Program-made: the position numbers and the translations under genes
Notes under the pieces: model-generated
Seen by the model: only the letters and a program-made list of their open reading frames with translations
The model's database searches: none
Told to the model about the DNA's origin: nothing
In this document: piece by piece, positions 36,852-47,068 of the stretch
How positions within the stretch are numbered: the stretch's first letter is position 1
Layout: the number at the start of each line of letters is the position of its first letter
DNA from: an uncultured Candidatus Saccharibacteria bacterium
GTDB lineage: Bacteria; Patescibacteriota; Minisyncoccia; Minisyncoccales; GWA2-38-27
Direction: 5' to 3'
NCBI GenBank assembly: GCA_964387825.1
Contig: CAYLWZ010000002.1
Location: forward strand, 47,375-111,374
Length of the DNA: 64,000 nt

Positions 36852-37382
36852 TTATTCCGGGAGGATGCAAAAAGTATTATTAAAGCGGTTAATATAATTA
36901 AAGAGGCCAACGATTGATATAATTTCAACGATCTCTGGCTCTGAAAAATCTTTTTTCATTTTTCCAAAAAACTCTGGAGTGCAAACATGGGCTTTTAAAG
37001 TTATCTCTTTAACCAATTTCAGTATCTCTTTTTCTTTTTCTGAGAGGTCTTTCGTTTTTTTGACTTTCTTAATTTCCTCGTCCGTAGCCCCCATTTTTTT
37101 TAACATTTTGGAAGTTACATCAACGCAAAAAGGACATCTCAATGTCTCTGAAACTGTATAAGCTATTTTCCATTTTAATAATCTTTCTATTTTCCCCTCG
37201 CCCATAACCGTTTGAAAGAGCTCAAAAAACTCTTTTAATATTTCCGGCCGATGAGCCATTACCTTAACCCATTCAGGCGTTTCTTTCCCTTCTTTCTCAA
37301 ATCCGTCATAAATTTCTTTTGCTATCTCTGAAACTTGATTTTTTTCTAAAGAAGAAATTATGGCCATAATTTTAATTTTCAA
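36852..37382 (-). CDS. carboxymuconolactone decarboxylase (AhpD-like) family protein
   Basis: …TLRCPFCVD… and overall AhpD/CMD-like helical pattern. Confidence 0.55.
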   Translation of the reverse strand: MKIKIMAIISSLEKNQVSEIAKEIYDGFEKEGKETPEWVKVMAHRPEILKEFFELFQTVMGEGKIERLLKWKIAYTVSETLRCPFCVDVTSKMLKKMGATDEEIKKVKKTKDLSEKEKEILKLVKEITLKAHVCTPEFFGKMKKDFSEPEIVEIISIVGLFNYINRFNNTFCILPE

Positions 37383-37468
37383 TCTTTCTTTAATTTTAAT
37401 TGAATAACTTAATTTTTAATCTCCTAATGGATAAAATTTGTCTAAAGATTAAATCGTTTAAAACTCAT

Positions 37469-38353
37469 TCAAAATTGATTCAAAATTGATTCAAAATTAG
37501 AAATTAGTAATTGCATATTTAATAATTGACCTTTTGAATATGCTTCTGCTATTTTTTTTGAATAAGGAATTTCTCCTTCAATTTTTATTCTGAATTTTTT
37601 AGCAATTTTTTGAATCATTTCTTTATTTCCTAAATTTGCCTGGTTTAAAACTATTTTAGCGGGAACTTTAAGTTTTCCGCATAAATCTAAAATTAAATTC
37701 AAATCATAAGCTCCCATTGGAGTTGGTTCGGTAATACAATAAGCAAAATCGCAATCAAGCAAAGCAGAAATTACCGGGCAGTGAGTCCCGGCTGCCGTGT
37801 CAAAAAGGATATAATCTGCTTTCTTTTTCTCGGCAAAGCTCAAAGCAAACTTTTTTGCTTTGGCAACCACCGGACCTGTTTCTTCAATGCCCGAATTGGC
37901 CAAACCGGTAATCAGCCAGAAATTTTCTTTAATTCTACTAGTATAAATTCCCCCGTTTTTTTCTTTTTTTGTTTTAATGGCTCCGAAAGGACAAACAGTC
38001 CAGCAAGCGCCGCAACTTGAACACAGGTTTTTAATAAAAACCGGGTAATCTAAATCCCCGTTTTTATCCCTCGGTTGAAAAATGGCGTTTTGCCGGCAGG
38101 TCTTAACGCAAATTCCGCATTTCTTGCATTTTTTTCTAATTAAAACCGGATATTCGGTAAAAATATTTTTGACAGGTTTTTTAAGTTTTTGATTTAACAA
38201 CAAATAATCATCGGGACATTCAACATCGCAATCGCAAAGAACAACTTTTTTCCCTTCCTTAATTAATTTGAGAGCTGATAAAACCGCGAAAGTGCTTTTT
38301 CCCGTGCCTCCTTTACCGCCTGTAATTCCTATTTTCTTAATTTTCTTCAACAT
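37469..38353 (-). CDS. MinD/ParA-superfamily P-loop ATPase with inserted 2x4Fe-4S ferredoxin domain (paralog of 34445-35443)
   Basis: TGGKGGTGKST; CKKCGICVKTC and CSSCGACWTVCP motifs. Confidence 0.75.
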   Translation of the reverse strand: MLKKIKKIGITGGKGGTGKSTFAVLSALKLIKEGKKVVLCDCDVECPDDYLLLNQKLKKPVKNIFTEYPVLIRKKCKKCGICVKTCRQNAIFQPRDKNGDLDYPVFIKNLCSSCGACWTVCPFGAIKTKKEKNGGIYTSRIKENFWLITGLANSGIEETGPVVAKAKKFALSFAEKKKADYILFDTAAGTHCPVISALLDCDFAYCITEPTPMGAYDLNLILDLCGKLKVPAKIVLNQANLGNKEMIQKIAKKFRIKIEGEIPYSKKIAEAYSKGQLLNMQLLISNFESILNQF

Positions 38354-39602
38354 CTTTTTTCTGTATTTCCTCTAAAACATTATTTATATTTTTTTCTGGA
38401 GCAACAATTTTTATTTCAATGCCGAAATTTTCTAAACTCTTTTTGGCGTTTTCTCCGATTTGCTTGACAAAAATCTCGTCTGCTCTTATTGCTTTGGCAA
38501 ATCTTGAACCATGCGGCAAATTATGCTTGAAATACGGATTCTTAAAAATCTTTTTCAAAAGAATCTCCTCGCCTTTAGTATCAATTACTAAATATTTATC
38601 TGCGCCGAAATCCTGGCTAATTTCATTTTCCTTAAAAGGAATAATTATCCTTTTGCCTTTCTTTTCCGGACCAATCTGCTCAAATCCCTCAAGTTCGCCT
38701 ATTTTTTTACCAAGCTTAGGCAAAATAACACTCCTTGCCATCTGATAGGATTTAATGGAAATAACTATTTGTTTCAATCCAGGAATATTTTTCAGCAATC
38801 TATCTTCTAAAGTATCGGTTATTTTCTGAACATCTCCAACTTTTAATTTGGGCGGAAGTTTAATTTTAATTTCGGCGAAATTAGCCGAGCCAATCTTTCT
38901 GGTTTTTAGCTCAGATATCCCAATTTCATGGCTCCGGCAGATTCTTTTTATTCTCTCTTCAATGTCTTTGTTGGCAACATCTAAAATAGAATCTGTGATT
39001 TCCCTGCCTAATTTAAAAGATTCAAAAAGAATATAACCCCCGATTAAAAAAGCAATTATCCCGTCAATAGGAGCAAAATATCTAATTAAAAAAAGAGAGA
39101 GCAAAACTCCGGCCGAAGACAATACGTCGGCTCTTGAATGCTCAGCATCGGCTATTAAAGACAAGCTTTCATGTTTTTTTCCGTAATAAAATTTTAATCG
39201 AGCCATTAATTCGTTAATGACAATAGTGATAACAACTAAAATTATCGCTCCCAAGCTAAAAAAAGTTTCCTGTGTTTTCCCAAGAAACTTTTCTACAGCT
39301 TCGTATATAATCCAAACACCGGAACCGGCTAAAAAGATTGTTACAAAAAGCCCGGCTAAACTCTCTGCCCGATAATGACCATAAGGATGGTTCTCGTCTA
39401 CCGGCTTTTTAGCGACTTTAATTCCTAAATAAGTCCCGAAAGAAGAAATGATATCTACTCCTGAGTGGACGCCGTCGGCGACTAAAGCCGCGCTTCCAAT
39501 CGTCAATCCAAAAAACAACTTAGAGGCAGATAAACCGAAATTAACAAAAGTGCTTAGAATTGAAACTTTTTCTTGGTTCATATAAATGAGAGTGTTGAAC
39601 AA
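38337..39602 (-). CDS. cation diffusion facilitator (CDF) transporter fused to C-terminal NifX/NifB-like (dinitrogenase FeMo-cofactor family) domain
   Basis: N-terminal CDF TM core (…HPYGHYRAESLAG…); C-terminal …KRIIIPFKENEI…DFGADKYLVIDTKGEEI… NifX-like fold pattern. Confidence 0.6.
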   Translation of the reverse strand: MFNTLIYMNQEKVSILSTFVNFGLSASKLFFGLTIGSAALVADGVHSGVDIISSFGTYLGIKVAKKPVDENHPYGHYRAESLAGLFVTIFLAGSGVWIIYEAVEKFLGKTQETFFSLGAIILVVITIVINELMARLKFYYGKKHESLSLIADAEHSRADVLSSAGVLLSLFLIRYFAPIDGIIAFLIGGYILFESFKLGREITDSILDVANKDIEERIKRICRSHEIGISELKTRKIGSANFAEIKIKLPPKLKVGDVQKITDTLEDRLLKNIPGLKQIVISIKSYQMARSVILPKLGKKIGELEGFEQIGPEKKGKRIIIPFKENEISQDFGADKYLVIDTKGEEILLKKIFKNPYFKHNLPHGSRFAKAIRADEIFVKQIGENAKKSLENFGIEIKIVAPEKNINNVLEEIQKKDVEEN

Positions 39603-39651
39603 TATCCTCTATACTAAGACGCATATTATTCAACGCTCTCATAAATCTAAT

Positions 39652-40074
39652 TTATCTTCTTCTGCCTTGACCTAAACCTCTGCCACGGCCTAAACCTCTG
39701 CCTTGGCCGGAAACTCCAAAACCTGCCCCGACAGATTGGGTTATTTCTGGCAGTTGACTTTGTTTAAAAGCGGATAAGGCGTCTTTTATTTTCATCCCCG
39801 ACATTGCCTTAAAAATCCTTATTCCTGAACTATTTAAAACCTCAAAAGAATTAGGGCCGACATTGCCAGTAATCACTACCTCTGCTTTCTGGTCAACAAC
39901 GGCCTGAGCAGATTGAACTCCTGCTCCCCTCGCCGCGTCTATCCCTTTATTAGGAAAAGCATTTATTTCTTCCAAATTTCCATCATCAACAAAAATAAAA
40001 TAAAGGCACCTGCCAAAACGCGGGTCTATTAAAGAATCTAAATTAGGACCTGAACTGGTAACACAAATACGCAT
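39652..40074 (-). CDS. NifX/NifB-like (dinitrogenase iron-molybdenum cofactor family) protein with Gly/Arg-rich tail
   Basis: MRICVTSSGPNLDSLIDPRFGRCLYFIFVD…VVITGNVGPNSFEVLNSSGIRIF… pattern; C-terminal GRGLGRGRGLGQGRRR. Confidence 0.65.
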   Translation of the reverse strand: MRICVTSSGPNLDSLIDPRFGRCLYFIFVDDGNLEEINAFPNKGIDAARGAGVQSAQAVVDQKAEVVITGNVGPNSFEVLNSSGIRIFKAMSGMKIKDALSAFKQSQLPEITQSVGAGFGVSGQGRGLGRGRGLGQGRRR

Positions 40075-40101
40075 AACTTAAAAAGTCGAGATTTGTCGAG
40101 A

Positions 40102-40326
40102 TTATTTTTCTCTTATCATCTGACTACCGCATTTCGGGCATTTTTCTTCATAACAAGGAACTCCTGTTTTATGGGGAGTTGTTGTTCCGCATTTAGGGCA
40201 AACACATTCGCCTCCTCCTCCCAAACCAAAACCGCCGGGTTGGCGACTTCGGCCGATTCCTCTGCCTAATCCTCGACCCGCGTCCCTGCCTCCGCCGACA
40301 GGTCCTGTTCCGTTTCCAAATGGCAT
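40102..40326 (-). CDS. DUF5320-family protein with C-terminal Cys4 ribbon
   Basis: [13 protein letters not shown]… (cf. DUF5320 MPRGDGTGPMG) plus CPKCG…CPKCG. Confidence 0.55.
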   Translation of the reverse strand: MPFGNGTGPVGGGRDAGRGLGRGIGRSRQPGGFGLGGGGECVCPKCGTTTPHKTGVPCYEEKCPKCGSQMIREK

Positions 40327-40364
40327 AATTTTATTGTTTTATGATTTTCTTTACAACGACCTTT

Positions 40365-40706
40365 TTACTTTTTCTTTTTTGTTTCCAATTCCTGAATTCT
40401 TTTCTCAATGGTTTTCATGCTGTCCTTTAAGTAATTTAATTCCTCATTTAGTATCTCTTTCTCCTCTTTTTCTGTCATCTGCGGCTCTGTTTGAGGATAA
40501 TACCCATAACCGGCGCGTCCCCAATCATACCGACCCATTCCTCTGCCATAACCTCTGTCATATCCAAAACCTCTCCCCCAGCCAAAATTTCTTCTGCCAA
40601 AACCTTGTTTTACGTAACCGGGAGAAGAATAACCGGCGCAACGGCCCAATCCTCTTCCGGTCATCGGGCCTGTTCCCATAGGCCCTGTTCCGTTTCCAAA
40701 TGGCAT
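40365..40706 (-). CDS. DUF5320-family protein with Gly/Arg/Tyr-rich middle and coiled-coil C-terminus
   Basis: [23 protein letters not shown]…; paralog of 40102-40326. Confidence 0.55.
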   Translation of the reverse strand: MPFGNGTGPMGTGPMTGRGLGRCAGYSSPGYVKQGFGRRNFGWGRGFGYDRGYGRGMGRYDWGRAGYGYYPQTEPQMTEKEEKEILNEELNYLKDSMKTIEKRIQELETKKKK

Positions 40707-40959
40707 GATAATTTGTTTATTAATTATTACTTTATTAATTTTAACATTAAATCGACCTTTAGAATAGCTTTAGAGCACAGGATTCGAATCCCGCAGTCTT
40801 TAACCTTGATTGCAAACACTAACTGTTATGAGTATATACCCATAACCATCGCTTGTCAACTCTCGTTTTCAATAAGGGAAGGGGCGGGAATTATAATCAA
40901 AAAAACCGAGGAATAAATCCCAGCTTTAATTTTTTTTAATCAATTGTTTTAGTTTTCGC

Positions 40960-41673
40960 CTATCCTCTCATTTGGCAATCATCAAAAAAAGGCGAGATTT
41001 TCTTGACAATAGTTAAGATATATTCGTCGGGATAGGGTTTCAGTTTTTCAAATTCAGGGGCAAGGGTTTTCCCGGAACCAAATTGCTGTAAATAATATTT
41101 TTCTCCCTTTTCTTTCCCGCCGGAAGAAATCCAAGCGGCAATTTTCAAAATATCTTTTTCGGTTAACAAGGTAGGCACAACTGTCGTCCGAAATTCATAA
41201 CCTACTTTATTCTTTTTTAAAAAAGCGACGCTTTTTTCAATTTTCCCGATATCTATCTTTCTTCCAATCATTTTTTGGTATTTCTCTTTCGGCGCTTTAA
41301 TATCCATCGCTACATAATCAATTAATTTTTTGTCAATTAAATTCTTCAGCGCGTCTGGATTTGAACCGTTAGTGTCTAATTTTACCGCATAGCCAAGGTT
41401 TTTAATCCTTCTGGCAAATTTTTCTAAATCTTTGTTAACAGTCGGTTCGCCGCCACACAAAACACATCCTTCCAGCAAATTTTTTCTTTCACTTAAAAAT
41501 TTAAAAAATTCCTTCTCTGATATTTTTGGCTGAATTTTAATCCTCTCGGGCAGAACAAGCTCTGGAGAATGGCACCAAGGACAACAAAAATTACATCCTG
41601 TTAAAAAAACTGTGCAAGCAAGTTTGTCCGGAAAATCAATCAAAGTCAATTTTTCTAATCCGCCGATAACCAT
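40960..41673 (-). CDS. nrdG: anaerobic ribonucleoside-triphosphate reductase activating protein NrdG (radical SAM)
   Basis: CNFCCPWCHSP radical-SAM cluster motif and NrdG-like length; start likely MVIGG (41673); track ORF extends upstream. Confidence 0.75.
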   Translation of the reverse strand: MVIGGLEKLTLIDFPDKLACTVFLTGCNFCCPWCHSPELVLPERIKIQPKISEKEFFKFLSERKNLLEGCVLCGGEPTVNKDLEKFARRIKNLGYAVKLDTNGSNPDALKNLIDKKLIDYVAMDIKAPKEKYQKMIGRKIDIGKIEKSVAFLKKNKVGYEFRTTVVPTLLTEKDILKIAAWISSGGKEKGEKYYLQQFGSGKTLAPEFEKLKPYPDEYILTIVKKISPFFDDCQMRG

Positions 41674-41680
41674 ACAAAAA

Positions 41681-43831
41681 TCACTTTTTCTCCAGTACTT
41701 TAAATTCTTTCCGTTCTTTGTATTCTTCCTGTTTTCCGACATTCCATTGGGTCACCGGACGAAGATACCCGACAACTCTTGAGTAAACTTCGCAGGGTTG
41801 CTTAATAGTGCATTTTGGGCAGTAAAAATGCTCTCCCGACAAATAGCCATGAACAGGACAAATGGAAAAAGTGGGAGTTAAAGTAATATAAGGAAGACGA
41901 AATTTCTCAAAAATCTTTTTAATCAGGATTTTAGAAGTCTGGATATCAGAAATTTTTTCTCCTAAGAAGAGATGTAAAACACTACCCCCTGTGTACTTGC
42001 ATTGAATTTCATCTTGGAGTTTTAAAGCCTCAAAGGCGTCATTGGTAAATCCGACCGGAAGCTGGGAGGAATTAGTATAATAGGGATTTTCTTTTGTCCC
42101 GGCAGTGACAATGTCTGGATATCTTTCTTTGTCTTGCAGAGCCAAACGGTAACTTGTGCTCTCGGCCGGTGTTTGTTCTAAATTGTAGATATTTCCAGTG
42201 TCTTCTTGGTATTTAACTAATTTCTCTCTCATAAAATCCATTATTTCTAAGGTAAATTTTCGTCCCCGAAGCGAGGCGATGTTTTCTCCTAAAAAATTCA
42301 AAAGGCTTTCATTTATTCCTAACGGTCCGATAGTGGAAAAATGATTAGCGAAATACTTCCCCCGCATTTTCTTTACTCCGGATAAATAAAATTTAGAATA
42401 AGGATAAAGTCCTTTCTCAATGAAATTTTCCAACACTTTTCTTTTTATTTCTAAACTTTCTTCCGCTAAATCCATTAATTTGCCTAATCTCTCAAAAAAT
42501 TCCTTTTTTGTCTTTGATAGATAGCCAATACGAGGAAGGTCAATCGTTACCACACCGATACTTCCAGTTAGAGCCCCGGAGCCGAAAAGTCCTCCGCCGC
42601 CTCTATTCTCAAGTTTTGTCAAATCGATCCGAAGTCTGCAACACATTGACCTTACATCTTCTGGTTTCATTTCAGAATTAATATAATTGGCGAAATAGTT
42701 TATTCCGTATTTTGCCGAGGCTCGAAAAATTCCATCAAAAACTGGGTCATCCCAAGGGAAATCTTTTGTAATATTGATTGTTGGAATGGGAAAGGTAAAC
42801 GGCCTCCCGGATTTATCGCCTTCTAAATAAACTTCGTATAAAGCCTTGTTAAAAATTTTCATTTCTTCCTCAAATTCTCCATAAGATTCTTTTTGGGGCT
42901 TCCCGCCGATTATTATCGGCATTTTAGCGAAAACAGGAGAAGGTTTTAAGTCAAGAGTAATATTAGAAAATGGCGTTTGGAAGCCTACTCGAGTAGGCAC
43001 CGCCATATTAAATAAAAATTCCTGTAATGATTGTTTTACCTGCTGATAATTTAAGTTGTCATAGCGAATAAAAGGCGCTAAAAGAGTGTCAAAGTTCGAA
43101 AAAGCAACCGCCCCGGCCGCTTCCCCTTGAAGAGTATAAAGGAAATTTACCATTTGGCCCAAAGCGGCCCGAAAGTGTTTTGCCGGCTTTGATTCAACTT
43201 TTCCAGACACGCCGCCGAATCCTTTTAATAAAAGATCGTATAAATCCCAGCCACAGCAATAAGTGGCTAAAGCATCCAAATTATGAATATGAAAATCGCC
43301 ATTCTCATTGGCTTCTCTAATCTCTTTAGGGTATATTTTGTTCAACCAATATTTTTTAATAGCATAGGTAGTCGTATAATGATTTAATCCCTGCAAAGAA
43401 AAAGCCATATTGGCGTTTTCTTTAACTTCCCAATCCAGTTTTTCTAAATATTGGTCAACTCTGTCAACTGCTTCTTCGGAGGTCTTCACCGCTTCCCTAA
43501 TCCTCCTTCTTTGCTCCCGATACAAAATAAAGGCCTTAGCAGTTTCTACCAGACCTTCTAAAATTAAAACTTCTTCAACAATGTCCTGAATTTGTTCAAC
43601 GGTAGGAATTTCTTCTTTCTTAAATCTCCTATTTAAAATTTGGACTACTCTGTTAGAAAGTTTTTTTGACTTTTTTCCATCGCCCTGTTCAACCGAAGTT
43701 ACGGCTTTAAAAATCGCTTCGCTAATTTTACCTTCTTCAAAATCTACAACTTGACCATTTCTTTTTTTTACTTTGCTTAACTTTTTCTTAGAAGATGCCT
43801 GAGAATAAGTTTTCGTAATGTTATTTTTCAT
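41681..43831 (-). CDS. nrdD: anaerobic ribonucleoside-triphosphate reductase NrdD (class III)
   Basis: N-terminal ATP-cone, C-terminal Cys4 site (CPVHGYLSGEHFYCPKC) and glycyl-radical loop RVVGYL. Confidence 0.85.
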   Translation of the reverse strand: MKNNITKTYSQASSKKKLSKVKKRNGQVVDFEEGKISEAIFKAVTSVEQGDGKKSKKLSNRVVQILNRRFKKEEIPTVEQIQDIVEEVLILEGLVETAKAFILYREQRRRIREAVKTSEEAVDRVDQYLEKLDWEVKENANMAFSLQGLNHYTTTYAIKKYWLNKIYPKEIREANENGDFHIHNLDALATYCCGWDLYDLLLKGFGGVSGKVESKPAKHFRAALGQMVNFLYTLQGEAAGAVAFSNFDTLLAPFIRYDNLNYQQVKQSLQEFLFNMAVPTRVGFQTPFSNITLDLKPSPVFAKMPIIIGGKPQKESYGEFEEEMKIFNKALYEVYLEGDKSGRPFTFPIPTINITKDFPWDDPVFDGIFRASAKYGINYFANYINSEMKPEDVRSMCCRLRIDLTKLENRGGGGLFGSGALTGSIGVVTIDLPRIGYLSKTKKEFFERLGKLMDLAEESLEIKRKVLENFIEKGLYPYSKFYLSGVKKMRGKYFANHFSTIGPLGINESLLNFLGENIASLRGRKFTLEIMDFMREKLVKYQEDTGNIYNLEQTPAESTSYRLALQDKERYPDIVTAGTKENPYYTNSSQLPVGFTNDAFEALKLQDEIQCKYTGGSVLHLFLGEKISDIQTSKILIKKIFEKFRLPYITLTPTFSICPVHGYLSGEHFYCPKCTIKQPCEVYSRVVGYLRPVTQWNVGKQEEYKERKEFKVLEKK

Positions 43832-43889
43832 TTTCTAATAAAATTAAATTATTTCATTTTAATGCTTCAAGAAAATTAGTCAAATTTGC

Positions 43890-44477
43890 TTAACCTGTGG
43901 ATAACTCTTTCAAAATCTTAAAATCTTCTTTTAGGGTTTTCTTCATATTTATATTATAAGCGGCGACTGCCGGGTGATAAAAAGGAATGATTTTGATTTT
44001 TTGGCTAAATTTTTCGGTTTCAAAAATTTTTCCGTGGATTTTGCTAATTGGCTGAATCTGCTCTTTCAATCCAAATTTTTCCATTAAAAAATTCATTGCG
44101 TATCTTCCTAATGGACAAATTATTTTTGGTTGAATAGCTTCAATTTGTCTTTCCAAATAAGGAGAGCAAGCGGCAATTTCTTCTTCTTTAGGATCGCGAT
44201 TTTCCGACGGACGGCATTTTAAGATATTCGCGATATAAACATCTCTTTTCTCTATTCCGGTCAAATTTAATAATTCGTCCAAAATCTTCCCTGCTGCTCC
44301 GCAAAAAGGACGGCCGGTCATATTTTCCTGCGCTCCCGGCGCTTCCCCGACAAATATAATTTTTGCCTGATGATTTCCTTCCCCGACTACAGGATACTTC
44401 CTCATTTTATACAAAGAACATTTTTGGCAAGCTATAACTTCTTCTTTAATTTTTTTAAGCTCTTTTTCTACGTCCAT
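43890..44477 (-). CDS. uracil-DNA glycosylase, family 4 (Fe-S)
   Basis: CQKCSLYK…VVGEGN…IIFVGEAPG…GRPFCGAAG… family-4 UDG motifs. Confidence 0.8.
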   Translation of the reverse strand: MDVEKELKKIKEEVIACQKCSLYKMRKYPVVGEGNHQAKIIFVGEAPGAQENMTGRPFCGAAGKILDELLNLTGIEKRDVYIANILKCRPSENRDPKEEEIAACSPYLERQIEAIQPKIICPLGRYAMNFLMEKFGLKEQIQPISKIHGKIFETEKFSQKIKIIPFYHPAVAAYNINMKKTLKEDFKILKELSTG

Positions 44478-44631
44478 TTTTAATTTTTTATCTTATTTCC
44501 ATTTATCGCTTATTTTTTTTCTTCTTCCAATTTTCTTATTTTTTTGCAACAGTCCTTATTATTTGAAGTTTAATTATATTCAAATTATAAATCGCGATAA
44601 GAATGACAAAAAAGAAATTTCAAACCTAAAA

Positions 44632-45858
44632 TTAGATCATAAGCGCGGAAAGATAATAAAAACCAAGGAGGAAAAGAATAATTGATTCGCTTAAAGCAAT
44701 CCAAATCATTGCTTTATTTGAAGCCAACCAAAGTTTCATTGTAAAAAGGGCTATCAAAAAAACAATAATTTCGTCTAACATATAAAAGGCAAGGTAAACA
44801 GAAATATACAATAAATAATAAAATGTTGGCATCTGGGACTGAGCCAAAAGGCCGGCAAATATTACTGGTACGGCAGCCGAGCAGGGAAATTCTACAATAG
44901 TGATTATGCCGGCAAATAAAATAATGCCTCCAATTAATAAAAAAATACTGCCTGACTCTTTAAAAATTTTTTGAAATTTTAAGGAAAATCTTGAAAATAA
45001 TTTCTCCCCTGCTCCTGATTCGCAAACAAGGCCTCTCCTCTTGAATTTAATAAATTCTTTTAGAAAATAAATTCCCCCTCCAAGCCCCAAAAGACCTATC
45101 AAAAGATTCATTATCTTCAGATAAGGGACAAAGAAAGAGAAAATTTGGTACCAGAGGATTATTAAAAATCCGTAAATAAGAGAGACAATCAAGATATACA
45201 CTCCGCCGAAAATCAGAATTCTCTTTTTGGAACGCAAAGCCAAAACTAATCCTAAAATTAAAACCAAAGCTCCTAAAGAACAGACATTAAAGCCATCCAG
45301 AATTCCTAAAATAACAGTTAAAAAAGGCAGAGAATATCTGCTGGTGTCTATCTTGCCAATAAAAGGGATATTAATTTTTCCTTCCAGATTTACCGCTGTA
45401 ACACCTCCTTTTTGAGATTCTTGTTCTGACACGCAGGGCTTATTCAAAACGTTCCCTCTGATTTCTTTAACACATTCCTCAATATTCTTGCCAATTTTCT
45501 CGTTAAAACCAATAAAGTACCTATCTTTAATAAAAGTAGCCGGAACCAAACCATAAAACTTTGAAGGCACCTTATAATCCTCGTAAAGGCTTTTTAATAA
45601 ATCAATATTTTTTCTCTCAGAAATTTCAAATTTATTAATTTTAATTCCTGGATACTCTTTTTCCAATCCTCTCAGAAAATTTTCCTCTCTGGAGCAGTGA
45701 GGACAAGTGTTGCCATATAAAAAATTAATTTCCCCTTTTCCTTCCTGAGCAAAAACAAAACTAAAATTAATAAAAATTGGAAATAAAATAAAAATGGCAA
45801 AAATCCATTTCTTCATACACCTAAAGAAGGCTGTTCTGTTGATTCCTACTTGCCTCAA
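44632..45858 (-). CDS. thioredoxin-fold (CPHC) domain fused to CcdA/DsbD-like transmembrane disulfide-transfer domain
   Basis: signal/TM, YGNTCPHCSRE thioredoxin-like motif, then multi-TM region with paired Cys (…FNVCSLG…EFPCSAAVP…); start probably MKKWIF (45816). Confidence 0.6.
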   Translation of the reverse strand: MRQVGINRTAFFRCMKKWIFAIFILFPIFINFSFVFAQEGKGEINFLYGNTCPHCSREENFLRGLEKEYPGIKINKFEISERKNIDLLKSLYEDYKVPSKFYGLVPATFIKDRYFIGFNEKIGKNIEECVKEIRGNVLNKPCVSEQESQKGGVTAVNLEGKINIPFIGKIDTSRYSLPFLTVILGILDGFNVCSLGALVLILGLVLALRSKKRILIFGGVYILIVSLIYGFLIILWYQIFSFFVPYLKIMNLLIGLLGLGGGIYFLKEFIKFKRRGLVCESGAGEKLFSRFSLKFQKIFKESGSIFLLIGGIILFAGIITIVEFPCSAAVPVIFAGLLAQSQMPTFYYLLYISVYLAFYMLDEIIVFLIALFTMKLWLASNKAMIWIALSESIILFLLGFYYLSALMI

Positions 45859-46043
45859 GCAGGTTTCTCCTCAGAAACTTTTTCTATTGCCCCGAAAGGA
45901 CAAACGCTTTCTCCCCCGCATTCCTTTAATTTCTCTTGGTCAATAATCCTCGCCTTTCCGTCATCCCCTATTTCCGTCGCCCCAGGACAGGACTGAACGC
46001 AAACCCCGCAGTTAATACATTTTTCTTTATTTATCTTTAACAT
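45855..46043 (-). CDS. 4Fe-4S ferredoxin (POR delta-like)
   Basis: CINCGVCVQSCP … CGGESVCPFGAI. Confidence 0.7.
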   Translation of the reverse strand: MLKINKEKCINCGVCVQSCPGATEIGDDGKARIIDQEKLKECGGESVCPFGAIEKVSEEKPA

Positions 46044-46060
46044 TTTAAAATTAGACCCAC

Positions 46061-46897
46061 TTAAATTTCTATTTTTTTGAAATCGACCTTGTTTTTTATC
46101 TTTGACCCCGCCCGGCGGGACAAATTTTTAAGCAATTCCTCCTCGTAAACCGGCTTTTGGATTTTATAAAAAATACCGATGGGGATCTGATTGTCGTTTT
46201 TGTCATAATCCCATTCCTCAATTTTTTTCAAGGTTTCTCTTTCTGAATTTTTCGCCTTATAAACCTTGGCGTTATAAAATTGGAAAGTGTTGAAAAAAGA
46301 AACACAAGGCTGAAGAATCTCAATAAAAGAAAATCCTCTGTGTTGAACCCCTTTAATAATCAAATCTTTAAGATGTTCTGTTTCAGCCGAATACCCCCGG
46401 GCAATGAATGTTGCCCCGGAAGCCAACATTAATTTCAAGGGATTGAAAGGCGTTTCAATACTGCCTTGAGGAGAGGACTTTCCTTTAAAGCCTCTTGGCG
46501 AAGTGGCCGTAAACTGGCCGGCAGTCAAAGCGAAATTTCTGTTATCGTGAACCAAAACAGTGATGTCGCTATTTCTTTTAGCAGCATAAATTAAATGAGA
46601 AATTCCTTCATTGTAAGTTCCTCCGTCTCCGACAGAAACTATAACCTTTAGGTCAGGATTACCTAATTTTATCCCTTCAGCCGAAATAACCGGCCGTCCG
46701 TGCAAAGAGGAAAAACTATTTATATCAAGATAGTCAATAATCTTTGAGGCGCAGCCGATTCCGCTAACCGCCACTAAATTTTCCTTAGCCAACCCTCCCG
46801 CCACCAAAGAAGAAATTGCCTTTTTTAAGGCGGCTAAAATACCGAAATTACCGCAACCAGGACACCAGGTATTTTTAGCATAAGTAGATAGATTCAT
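46061..46897 (-). CDS. porB: 2-oxoacid:ferredoxin oxidoreductase beta subunit (TPP-binding)
   Basis: …WCPGCGNFGI…GIGC… TPP-binding signature. Confidence 0.8.
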   Translation of the reverse strand: MNLSTYAKNTWCPGCGNFGILAALKKAISSLVAGGLAKENLVAVSGIGCASKIIDYLDINSFSSLHGRPVISAEGIKLGNPDLKVIVSVGDGGTYNEGISHLIYAAKRNSDITVLVHDNRNFALTAGQFTATSPRGFKGKSSPQGSIETPFNPLKLMLASGATFIARGYSAETEHLKDLIIKGVQHRGFSFIEILQPCVSFFNTFQFYNAKVYKAKNSERETLKKIEEWDYDKNDNQIPIGIFYKIQKPVYEEELLKNLSRRAGSKIKNKVDFKKIEI

Positions 46898-47068
46898 AAT
46901 AAATTTCTAATTGATCTAATTATTCTAATTAACCTAAACAAATCCCAAATCCCAATTTTCCAAAAGAATTGCTCAGGCATTGCTTAACCTGGTTAAGCAA
47001 TAGCCTGATTGAGAGAAATTTTGGGATTTGGAGTTTAGGGCTTGGTCATTATTTAGAAATTAGGTCAA

